Numbered from the stretch's first letter, positions 47,818-56,518 are shown. The stretch: DNA of 64,000 nt from an uncultured Alphaproteobacteria bacterium (GCA_963703115.1 OY969788.1:855265-919264); one strand, 5' to 3'. Notes: generated from the letters alone by a model not told the origin. Program-made: numbers and translations.

Positions 47818-48942
47818 TTGCTGACAACGCTGGAAGAGCATCACGGCTATCTCTCTGACGAGAGGCGCCTTGAGAGATTCCGCGAAGCAATTGGCCATGC
47901 GGTTCGGCCGGGTGATCTTGTCGCCGACGTTGGCTGCGGTTTCGGGATACTTGGACTGATGTGCCTTCAGGCGGGCGCCTCTAGAGTATGGGGGATCGAC
48001 CGAACGGACGCGATTGAAATTGCCCGGGAGAGCTTGGGTCGCGCGGGTTTTGGCGACCGCTACACCTGCATTCGTGATCATTCGTCCCGGGTGATCTTGC
48101 CAGAAATGGTTGATGTCATCGTCTGCGATAACGTCGGTTATTTCGGGATAGATTACGGCATCGTCGAAACACTGGCCGACGCTCGTCGCCGTTTCCTCAA
48201 ACCAGGCGGCCGGATAGTGCCCAGCCGGATCAGGCTGATGCTGGCCGGGGTTGCTTCGCCAGAATGCCGCGGCAAGGCAGAAGGCTGGGACGATCCGCGC
48301 GTACCCGACGAATATCATTGGCTGCGCGAATTCGGGGTCAATTCGAAATTTGCGCACATGTTTGAAACGGATGAAATCGCTACCGAGTCTCTCATCGTCG
48401 GCACGATTGATCTCAATACGGACAGCCCAGACACATTTTCATGCCAAGTGTCCCTGACTGCCACTCAAGACGCTGTACTGGATGGGCTCGGTGGGTGGTT
48501 CGAGTGCGAGCTGTCGCCGGACAATTGGATGACGAATTCACCGCTTGCGCACGATCAAATCGACAGGCCACAAATCTTTCTGCCTTTCGATACGCCGATC
48601 ACTGTTGGCGCGGGTGACAGTGTAGAAGTTTCAATCGTTGTTCGCCATGATGCGCACCTGTTCGCTTGGAGCGTGCGAGACCCCCGGACGGGCGTAAAGC
48701 AGAAACAATCTACTTGGCGAAGTCGCATTCTGGCTGAATCCGATCTGTCTCCGAAGTCTGATCGGCCATTGCAACTTAGTGCCGAAGGCCATGCGCGCAG
48801 CATTATTTGCGACTATGTCGACGGCAATCGCAGTGCGCGGCAAATTGAGGATGCCGTTTTGTCCGATCATCCCGATTTACTCCCGTCGTCCGAAGAAATC
48901 CGCCGATTTGTGGGAAAAGAATTGGCCCGGAACGCTCGATGA
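47818..48942 (+). CDS. PRMT-fold class I SAM methyltransferase with C-terminal PqqD-like (RRE) extension
   Basis: LEEHHGYLSDERRLERFREAIGHAVRPGDLVADVGCGFGILGLMCLQAGASRVWGIDRTD matches the protein arginine methyltransferase signature and SAM motif I. GGWFECELS...NSPLAH...QIFLPFDTPITVGAGDSV resembles the PRMT beta-barrel. The last ~70 aa (ARSIICDYVDGNRSARQIEDAVLSDHPDLLPSSEEIRRFVGKEL) look PqqD-like. Confidence 0.7.
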   Translation: MLTTLEEHHGYLSDERRLERFREAIGHAVRPGDLVADVGCGFGILGLMCLQAGASRVWGIDRTDAIEIARESLGRAGFGDRYTCIRDHSSRVILPEMVDVIVCDNVGYFGIDYGIVETLADARRRFLKPGGRIVPSRIRLMLAGVASPECRGKAEGWDDPRVPDEYHWLREFGVNSKFAHMFETDEIATESLIVGTIDLNTDSPDTFSCQVSLTATQDAVLDGLGGWFECELSPDNWMTNSPLAHDQIDRPQIFLPFDTPITVGAGDSVEVSIVVRHDAHLFAWSVRDPRTGVKQKQSTWRSRILAESDLSPKSDRPLQLSAEGHARSIICDYVDGNRSARQIEDAVLSDHPDLLPSSEEIRRFVGKELARNAR

Positions 48943-49799
48943 TCTTTCATCTGGAGCAATTGGCCGCAAAGCCGCAAGGTGAGATCGAAGACAGTCCATA
49001 TGACCGCTGGCTGAGCGTCGAAGGCCAGGACGTCGCGCTATTTTACCGTACGGACCAAAGCTTTTTGGTGCGGTTCCAGGATAAGGCAGATTTTGAATTA
49101 TCTGTCGGTAGGGGGGTCGTCACCTGCACGCCGGCGCCTGACGTTTCGGGTCAAACGACGATCGATCTGTTTCACAACCAGGTGATCCCCCTACTTCTCA
49201 ATCATCAGGGCGAATTGGTGCTCCATGGAAGCGCTGTTGCTGGAAGCACTGGCGCCCTGGGTTTCATCGGGCAATCGGGCAGCGGCAAGTCAACGATTGC
49301 AGCCTATTTTGCGAAGGCAGGCCATCCGTTCATGACCGACGATGGCCTGTTTTTGAAGGAAGCGGGATCCGCATATAACGTTGAACCTTATCGTCCCTAC
49401 CTGCGTCTTTGGTCTGACAGCAATCAAGCGGTGCTTGGCCGGAAGCCTCCCACCGCGGAGGAGGGAGAAGACAACAAAACACTGATCGATGCCGGGCCAT
49501 CACTTCCATTTCAGGAGACGCCGTTGCCGCTGGCTGCGCTATATCTTCTAGGCAGTAGGGAGGTGGAGAAGGTTTCGGTCGAACGCATGAAGCCCGACCT
49601 GGCGCTATTGGCGTTGCTAAAGCACTCCTTCATCCTTGATGTGGACGATCGCCAACGGTTGAAAGCCCATTTCGAACGTTTGGCAAAGCTGTCGGAAGCA
49701 ATTCTATGCTTCACTCTCGAATATCCGCGGGATTATGGGGTGTTCCCCGAGTTGATCCCCACGGTTCTTAACCACGCGTCATCGGAAGGTGTCTTATGA
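48939..49799 (+). CDS. HPr-kinase-related serine kinase (RiPP/lasso tailoring kinase type)
   Basis: 286 aa with an ATGA overlap with the methyltransferase gene. VLHGSAVAGSTGALGFIGQSGSGKSTIAAYFAKAGHPFMTDDGLF matches the HprK C-terminal P-loop region (Walker A at 49269-49295). Confidence 0.75.
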   Translation: MIFHLEQLAAKPQGEIEDSPYDRWLSVEGQDVALFYRTDQSFLVRFQDKADFELSVGRGVVTCTPAPDVSGQTTIDLFHNQVIPLLLNHQGELVLHGSAVAGSTGALGFIGQSGSGKSTIAAYFAKAGHPFMTDDGLFLKEAGSAYNVEPYRPYLRLWSDSNQAVLGRKPPTAEEGEDNKTLIDAGPSLPFQETPLPLAALYLLGSREVEKVSVERMKPDLALLALLKHSFILDVDDRQRLKAHFERLAKLSEAILCFTLEYPRDYGVFPELIPTVLNHASSEGVL

Positions 49800-50080
49800 A
49801 TTTAACCGACAAGATGGTCGCCTCGGACGAAGTCGTCGCTCGTGACGTGGGAGGCGAAACTGTCCTTCTGAATCTCGCGAGTGGCACCTATTTCGGTCTC
49901 AACTCGGTCGGTGCGCGAATTTGGACCATCGTCGAAAATGACGAAAACTTAAGCATGTCGCAAGTTTGCGACACCTTAGCGAATGAATTTGATGTCTCGC
50001 GTCAGCAGTTAGAGGGCGATGTACTGAACCTTGCGACTGAACTCGTCGAACAAAAGCTTGTCGTCATCAAGGAAGAATAG
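49796..50080 (+). CDS. PqqD-family protein (lasso B1 / RiPP recognition element)
   Basis: 94 aa with an ATGA overlap with the kinase gene. VVARDVGGETVLLNLASGTYFGLNSVGARIWTIVENDENLSMSQVCDTLANEFDVSRQQLEGDVLNLATELVEQKLV is a textbook PqqD pattern. Confidence 0.85.
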   Translation: MNLTDKMVASDEVVARDVGGETVLLNLASGTYFGLNSVGARIWTIVENDENLSMSQVCDTLANEFDVSRQQLEGDVLNLATELVEQKLVVIKEE

Positions 50081-50123
50081 ACTGTTTCGCATCACGGCAA
50101 AATAACATCATCTGATCGTCAAA

Positions 50124-50966
50124 TCAGAGTATCTGGCTGACGTCACTTAGCTCGCTCAATTCAGGAATACCGAATAGCTCGGCCCATGTTTTCGGCTGGC
50201 ATAGGTCGGAAGTCCCCACCGGGATGTAATGAAGGAACAGCAGGTCACAAAATTGCCGACCAGGGTTGCGAGGCAGCGGTTCACGGAAATGCCACTGATT
50301 GGTACCGGAAAATAAAACCGCGTCTCCCGGCTGCAAGACCTCCTGCGTAAAGCGCATTTTCGGGTCCGATGGCACGGCGTTAAAGTCGACGCTCTCCAGT
50401 TCGGACCTTGTTTCGGGCCATGGTACAGGGCGGCTGAAGCTGATTGGCCACGGGTCACTTTGGTCGATGCAAATGTCGAGCGTCCATTTTGCCGAAGGAG
50501 CATCAAGATGGGGCCGACATACGCCGCGGCCAGTATACAGGCTCAAGAAATTGTAGCTCGGCTCAACCAACTCGCCGGCGAGTTCGGACACTGCTTCAAC
50601 TAGTCGGGATTGCAGTTCGGTGAAGGGCGGCCAGCGATGAACAATAAAGCGGCCGAACTCTTCAGCTTCGGTCAGATTGAGGGATTCGCGGGGGATCTTC
50701 CTGATCGTGTCCCGGATTTCGTCCAGCTGCAATTCGCTCAGGAAGTCGGACACAAACCGCTGGGTGAAGTCCGGTGCTATGCGCAAGGGATCGAAGCTGC
50801 GTTCAAACTCCTGCAGGCGAGCGGGTGCAACACGCGCAATGATTTCTTTCGCCTCGATATATTTTGTCAGCCAGATCGAATCATACCAGCGCTTTTCCCG
50901 CGCAATCGGGTTTGAGCCCTGTTTCCTAGCGGCTGTCAGCACTTTGATCCGTCCATTTTCGTTCAC
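50124..50966 (-). CDS. putative Fe(II)/2-oxoglutarate-dependent oxygenase
   Basis: 280 aa. LSLYTGRGVCRPHLDAPSAKWTLDICI carries an HxD (His153/Asp155). LQPGDAVLFSGTNQWHFREP carries a distal His226. The spacing fits the 2-His-1-carboxylate facial triad of a cupin. This is motif-level evidence only. Confidence 0.45.
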   Translation of the reverse strand: MNENGRIKVLTAARKQGSNPIAREKRWYDSIWLTKYIEAKEIIARVAPARLQEFERSFDPLRIAPDFTQRFVSDFLSELQLDEIRDTIRKIPRESLNLTEAEEFGRFIVHRWPPFTELQSRLVEAVSELAGELVEPSYNFLSLYTGRGVCRPHLDAPSAKWTLDICIDQSDPWPISFSRPVPWPETRSELESVDFNAVPSDPKMRFTQEVLQPGDAVLFSGTNQWHFREPLPRNPGRQFCDLLFLHYIPVGTSDLCQPKTWAELFGIPELSELSDVSQIL

Positions 50967-51025
50967 TTAAACAGATTTCGAGTCGCCCTCACTGCTTGTT
51001 TTCCGATGCAGGAGCCAATTCGAAT

Positions 51026-52192
51026 TCAATTCTTCACCCGATCAGGGCGACTGCGAAGCAGGTCGATAATACGCCTGACATATAGCGCCGCTAATGGAAA
51101 ATTTTGCATGCTCGGATATTTTCCGCGCAGGAAATTCGCAGGAGGAAGTGTCCGTTGAGCCAGAAATCTGACTTTGTTGCGAAGCCCTTTCACAGCTTTC
51201 AGATCCTGTAGCGCCCGACCTGCCTGGCCCAGTTCAAGCAGATAGATAGAGGGACCGGACGCAGAAGCGGGTGCCTGGCCTAGGCGCTCCATCACGCCTG
51301 ACGATACAACAGTATCGAAGTGGCTCATCGCGAACTTCAAACCATCGAGGCAAACCGGCGCCAGTTCCATTCGAATGGCGGTCTCGCAAAACGCGCTCCA
51401 CTCTGCTTGCGAAAGTGCACCGGCAAGGAGGTGAATATCATAGGCCCAGATCAGCCGGTCGCCGCCATAATAAGTCACACCGTCGACCATGTATGGACTG
51501 GTGATATGGGTGGCGCGATGCATGGACGCATGGATCAGCATTGTCGCGCGATCCATCGTGAAGGCATTGTCGTCGAGGAGCGGCAGGACTCGCTTGTTCG
51601 CGGCGCAATCAGCGAAAACAAGCGTTTGGCGAAGCGCCATCGAATTCATCGCTTGCCAGTGGAGATCGATGACATGGTTAGTCCCATCCCCTGAAGCGAA
51701 GTTCCAGATTTCCTGGAGTTCAAGATCGTCGGATCTTCCAGCGCACGGCGGGGCCAAGCAAAAGCCGCATTTGGCGAGCGCAAGCCGGGTCTGTTCCAAC
51801 TCCTCCCGCTTTACCAAAAGGTCGGTGTCTCCACGTGCGCGAGTGGCGGGTTTCGCGTAAAGATCGTAGGCTAAAGCGGTGCCTTTCAGGATAAGGGATT
51901 TGATCCCATTTTGACGAAGTTCGGCAAGAAGCCGTGTGAGCATTTGTCTATGACGGACTTCCCACATTTCCTGCGCGATTGCCTGCTGGTGCAAGCGTTC
52001 GAACACTTCCTTGGGCCATCCAATCGGCCGGCCTTCGATCAGCAGGCCAGCGATGCCATGATAGAGCGCGCGATCAACAACGGCCGCCCAAGTCGATGCG
52101 TGATTCCAATGATCCGGCCAGGCGGTACAGCAATTGCCCAACGTTCTTGAAAAGAACCGATCGATTGAATCGCTCAAATTGGCCATTGCCAT
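51026..52192 (-). CDS. NTP_transf_5-type uncharacterised nucleotidyltransferase
   Basis: 388 aa. GIKSLILKGTALAYDLYAKPATRARGDTDLLVKREE and HVIDLHW fit the family that accompanies HprK-like kinases and PqqD proteins in kinase-containing lasso clusters. Confidence 0.65.
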   Translation of the reverse strand: MAMANLSDSIDRFFSRTLGNCCTAWPDHWNHASTWAAVVDRALYHGIAGLLIEGRPIGWPKEVFERLHQQAIAQEMWEVRHRQMLTRLLAELRQNGIKSLILKGTALAYDLYAKPATRARGDTDLLVKREELEQTRLALAKCGFCLAPPCAGRSDDLELQEIWNFASGDGTNHVIDLHWQAMNSMALRQTLVFADCAANKRVLPLLDDNAFTMDRATMLIHASMHRATHITSPYMVDGVTYYGGDRLIWAYDIHLLAGALSQAEWSAFCETAIRMELAPVCLDGLKFAMSHFDTVVSSGVMERLGQAPASASGPSIYLLELGQAGRALQDLKAVKGLRNKVRFLAQRTLPPANFLRGKYPSMQNFPLAALYVRRIIDLLRSRPDRVKN

Positions 52193-52397
52193 TGATTACT
52201 GGGGCCGGATTGACCACCCGTCAATTTGTGGACCACTTCGCTGGATCACCGGACATCCTTCTTGACGGTCAGCCCTCCGACCACCGCCGAAGCGGACGGA
52301 CTACGCAGGTGCGAAGCCGAGGCTTGGAAAAATTTTGTCCTTGGGGACTGTTCACTATCACGCCGCGAGGCCAAGGTAGCGGTCAGATGCGTCCAGC

Positions 52398-53519
52398 ATG
52401 CACGCGTTGGCAGGCCGGGATTGCAGCAATGCGCGACCTGCTATTTCCAGGAGCCGGAGGAAGTCGAGTTTGTTCCCCTATTTCCTCCTTTTGACTTACT
52501 TCGGCTTAGGGGCGCTCGCGACCCCCCAGGCGTCGAGTGAACCGCGCCGCGGTTTCCAGCCGATCTTCTTGTTCGGGATTTTGCTGATCGTGGTGATGGT
52601 GGGCCTGCGCTATCGCGTTGGCGCGGACTGGGGAAATTACCTGCGCATCTACCAGACGTTCGGACGATTAAGTTTCGAATCGGCGGTCGGTAGAGGTGAA
52701 GCGGGCTACATGTTCTTCAACTGGCTCGGCTATCAATGGCGGACCGGCATCTGGCTTCCCAACCTGGTTTGCGCAGCGATCTTCGGGTTCGGGCTTGCAA
52801 GATTATGCCGCATCCAGCCCAACCCCATGCTGGCAGCGACCATTGCGATCCCGTATCTCACCGTGGTGGTGGCGATGGGATACACCCGGCAAAGCGCCGC
52901 GATCGGTTTCGCAATGTGGGCGATTGCCGACATGATCAAGCGCCAGTCGATCATCCGGTTCTTTTTCATCCTGGCCTTGGGGGCGTTGTTCCACAAATCG
53001 GTCGTCGTGGTCGCGGCATTCGTGCTGATGACAGGTGAGAAGAACCGCCTCCTTAAAGGGCTGGTTTCAGCCGTCCTGATCGTCGTGCTGTTCCAGTTTT
53101 TCCTCCAGGACTCGCTCGACAAGTACAAGACCAACTACCTCGATGCCCGCTACCAGTCGCAAGGCGCAGCAATCCGGGTGGCGATCGACGGCTTGGCAGC
53201 GATTATCTTCTTCCTGATGAACAAAGACATGCGATTTAGCGTCATCGAGCGCCAGTTGTGGCGCAATTTTTCGATCGTTTCGCTGATCATGTTGGTCGCC
53301 TTGCTAGTGACCCCGTCCTCGACCGCGATCGATCGGCTTTCGCTCTATCTCGTGCCCTTGCAGATCGCGGTCTTCGCACAGGTTCCCTATGTGCGAGGCG
53401 GGCGTCAGGGCGGTGTGGCGGGAGTGGTCGTCTATTCGGCCCTGGTGCTGACAGTATGGCTGCTGTTTGCAGTTCATGCCCGGGCGTGGCTTCCGTACCG
53501 AATGATCGTCTTCACATGA
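52398..53519 (+). CDS. EpsG-family polysaccharide polymerase-like membrane protein (start uncertain)
   Basis: A polytopic membrane ORF with GLRYRVGADWGNYLRIY near the N-terminus, as in EpsG/O-antigen polymerase-like proteins. An internal TTG near 52467 may be the real start. Confidence 0.7.
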   Translation: MHALAGRDCSNARPAISRSRRKSSLFPYFLLLTYFGLGALATPQASSEPRRGFQPIFLFGILLIVVMVGLRYRVGADWGNYLRIYQTFGRLSFESAVGRGEAGYMFFNWLGYQWRTGIWLPNLVCAAIFGFGLARLCRIQPNPMLAATIAIPYLTVVVAMGYTRQSAAIGFAMWAIADMIKRQSIIRFFFILALGALFHKSVVVVAAFVLMTGEKNRLLKGLVSAVLIVVLFQFFLQDSLDKYKTNYLDARYQSQGAAIRVAIDGLAAIIFFLMNKDMRFSVIERQLWRNFSIVSLIMLVALLVTPSSTAIDRLSLYLVPLQIAVFAQVPYVRGGRQGGVAGVVVYSALVLTVWLLFAVHARAWLPYRMIVFT

Positions 53520-53589
53520 TCGCGGCCGCCCCGACTGTGTGGTCACGAGGTCGCGGTCGCATGGATGTTACCGGCCAGGCGACAGGCTG

Positions 53590-55561
53590 ATGTGCGGAAT
53601 AGCGGGAATATTGGGGGAAGGGCGCGCGCGACCCCTCGCTCATTGCGGCGATGACCGCGCGGATCAACCATCGCGGGCCCGACGACCAGGGATTATGGAG
53701 CGATCACGCGGCCGGGATTGCGCTGGGCCACCGCCGTCTTGCAGTGATCGACCTGTCACCCGCAGGCTTTGAGCCGATGCACTCGGCGAGCGGGCGATTC
53801 ACGATCAGCTTCAACGGTGAAATCTACAATTACCAGGACCTTCGCGACGTCCTAGAGTCAGGCGGGGAAGCGCCTAAGACCGGTTGGCGCGGCCATAGCG
53901 ATGTCGAAGTGTTCCTTGAGGCGTTGGAGCGTTGGGGAATTGAACGGGCACTGTCAGCCGCAGTGGGCATGTTCGCCTTCGCCTTGTGGGATAACAAGGA
54001 ACGAAAATTGTGCCTGGTGCGCGACCGCTTTGGGGAAAAGCCGCTTTATTACGGCTGGGCAGGCAGGGACCTTGTTTTCGCCTCGGAACTGAAATCGCTG
54101 GTTGCCCATCCCCGCTTTGAGCGCCTGCTTAACCGCGACGCGCTGGATGCATATTTGCGGCACAACTATGTGCCTGCGCCAGCGAGCATCTATCGTCACG
54201 CATTCAAGCTGCAACCTGGCACGATCCTGACCCTGGCGCCGGGGGTCGGGCAAATGGCCGAGGCTCCAGCTGTGGGCGAAGCGGGCAAGCATTGGTCTCT
54301 CGACGCATATTACGATTATCGCGCGACCGTCTCAAAGGGTGCCGCCGACAGCTTTAGCGATCATGGCGAAGCGCTCGACGCCCTTGAAGATGTGCTGGAA
54401 CGGGCGGTCGGCGACCAGGCGGTTGCCGATGTCCCGGTGGGGGCCTTCCTGTCGGGCGGGATCGACAGTTCGACGATTACCGCGCTGTACCAGCGCCAGA
54501 CTGCGCATCCGGTGCGCACCTTTTCGATCGGATTCAACGAAGACCGCTACAACGAGGCGGTCCATGCCAAGCGTGTCGCAGCGCACCTTGGGACCGTCCA
54601 TGACGAGCTTTACGTTACCGATGCACAAGCGCGCGAGGTCATTCCCCTGCTGCCGGATATGTACGATGAACCGTTCGCGGATTCCTCGCAGATCCCGACC
54701 TTCATCGTCAGCCGGTTCGCGCGCCAGCAGGTCACCGTTGCACTGACCGGCGATGGCGGGGACGAGATGTTCGCTGGCTATAATCGCCACCTTCTGGTTC
54801 CGCGATGGCGACGGCGCCTGAGCCGGCTTCCGTCGGTACTGCGCAGGCCCGGCGGGGCACTGGCGGCCCGAGTCCCTGGACGCCTGGTCGAACTTGCTGC
54901 GCGGTCGATCGGTGCAAGCGACCCGCGCCAGGCCGCAGCGAAGATGCGCAAGGGACTGGCGCTTGCTGCCGGGGCGAAATCGCTGCCCGCCGTCCTGGAA
55001 GGGCTGCTTGATAACTGGGCCTTGCGCGGTGACATCGTCGATGATGCCGACTCGCGGCACGAGCCCGACCTGGACTTTGGAGCGGCAACCGGGGAAGCAG
55101 AGAAACTCGCCGCTTACGATGCACTGACCTACTTACCCGACGACATCCTTGCCAAGGTCGACCGGGCGTCGATGGCAGTTGGGCTGGAAACGCGGGTGCC
55201 ATTCCTGGACCACCGGGTGGCGGCGGTCGCGGCGCGCATTCCAGGACATATGAAAATCCGTGGCGGGAAGGGGAAGGTGATCTTGCGCGATTTGCTCTCC
55301 CGCCACGTGCCACAGGAATTGCTCGACCGCCCCAAGGCCGGCTTCGCGGTCCCGGTTTCCCAGTGGTTGCAGGGTCCCTTAAGGGACTGGGCAGAGGACC
55401 TTCTTTCGCCCACGGCGCTCGCCGAAGCCGGGGTCCTTAATGTCAAAGCGATCCGAAATCGATGGCTTGCACACGCCAGGGGCAGCGAAGACGCGGCCAA
55501 TGCCATATGGGCGGTGCTGATGTTTCAGGCGTGGCGCCGAGAGTGGAATCCGACGATTTAG
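53590..55561 (+). pseudogene. asnB: asparagine synthase (glutamine-hydrolysing) family amidotransferase, frame broken by a 1-nt indel
   Basis: The ATG at 53590 gives MCGIAGILG, with the Cys2 nucleophile. The rest is in ORF 53651..55561 (INHRGPDDQGLW, GHRRLAVIDLS, FNGEIYNY, SGGIDSS). The frames join at the G5 run 53613-53617; G4 would read ILGKGAADPSLIAAM. Confidence 0.88.
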
Positions 55562-55817
55562 CCCGAAGCGCAAAGAGGAGCCATGATGGTGCGAGTTCCC
55601 GGCGCAACAGGTGACAATTAAATGCACAGGTTTTCTTGTCAGTCCTTGTTAAGGGAGCTGCGCGTAGGTATAGGCGCGGATGGGGATGGCTTGTTTCTTG
55701 CTAACCAGCGGGAATGTAAGCCAATTTTGCCTCCGGCATACCGGGAGGCCGGTGAATGTCGAAGGCTCGCGTAACGCGTTGCGCATTAGCGCGCGACGCT
55801 TGTTCGGGGAGGGCATT

Positions 55818-56282
55818 ATGGCGACCGCACTCAAAGACATTTATGGCAAGGACCGCGAACCGTTCGATCGTGTCGTGCTGTCCGACGACTACAAGCCGTC
55901 GGAAACGGAAGAATTCATGTGCACGAAGCAGCGCGCATATTTCCTTCGCAAGCTCAAGGACTGGAAGGAATCGATCATCGAGGAGTCGCGCGCAACGATG
56001 GCGCAGCTCCAGGTCGACTCGCTTCGTGAACCGGATCTCGCCGACCGCGCGTCGAGTGAGACCGACTGGGGGATCGAGCTTCGTACCCGCGACCGCCAGC
56101 GCAAACTGATCTCCAAGATCGATTGCGCGATCCGTCGTCTATACGACGGTGAATATGGCTATTGCGAGGTTAGCGGTGAGCCGATCAGCCTCGCTCGGCT
56201 TGAAGCGCGGCCAGTGGCCACGATGACGCTCGAAGCCCAAGAAAAGCATGAGCGCGTCGAGCGCGTTTCGCGCGACGATTAA
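55818..56282 (+). CDS. dksA: RNA polymerase-binding transcription factor DksA (only one of the four zinc-finger Cys retained)
   Basis: The ATG at 55818 gives MATALKDIYG.... It has a coiled coil with DxxDxA (DLADRASSETD). The C-terminus is YGYCEVSGEPISLARLEARPVATMTLEAQ, compared with CxxC...CxxC in E. coli DksA. Confidence 0.88.
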   Translation: MATALKDIYGKDREPFDRVVLSDDYKPSETEEFMCTKQRAYFLRKLKDWKESIIEESRATMAQLQVDSLREPDLADRASSETDWGIELRTRDRQRKLISKIDCAIRRLYDGEYGYCEVSGEPISLARLEARPVATMTLEAQEKHERVERVSRDD

Positions 56283-56304
56283 GCGCTTCGAAAACCGATC
56301 AGGA

Positions 56305-56342
56305 AAAGGCCCGGGCGGTTAATTTCCGCGCCGGGCCTTTTT
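56305..56342. terminator. bidirectional rho-independent terminator between dksA and the DUF465 gene
   Basis: AAAAGGCCCGGGCGG ... CCGCGCCGGGCCTTTTT: an 11-bp GC-rich stem with one bulge, an A run on the left and T5 on the right. Confidence 0.7.
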
Positions 56343-56353
56343 CATGTGACGGG

Positions 56354-56518
56354 CTAGTGGGTCATGTGCCCGGTAATTTCGTCCTTGAGCCTCAATTTTT
56401 CCTTTTTCAGCCGGTGAAGAAGGTCGTCGTCGGGGTGTGGTCGGTGCTCTTCTTCCTCAATCAAGGCATGAAGAGCAGCGTGCTTTGATTCCAGTGCATC
56501 GACGACAGATTTTTCCAT
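56354..56518 (-). CDS. DUF465 (YdcH-like) protein
   Basis: 54 aa from the ATG at 56518: MEKSVVDALESKHAALHALIEEEEHRPHPDDDLLHRLKKEKLRLKDEI. The 158-aa ORF in the track is an over-extension. Confidence 0.7.
   Translation of the reverse strand: MEKSVVDALESKHAALHALIEEEEHRPHPDDDLLHRLKKEKLRLKDEITGHMTH

Noticed and set aside
53590-55561. Second AsnB-family gene as a second lasso cyclase
   Set aside because: It begins MCGIAG, keeping the Cys2 glutaminase nucleophile. It has the GC content of the core genome and sits among polysaccharide genes (EpsG-like, glycosyltransferases). It looks like an exopolysaccharide-associated amidotransferase or a genuine asparagine synthase.
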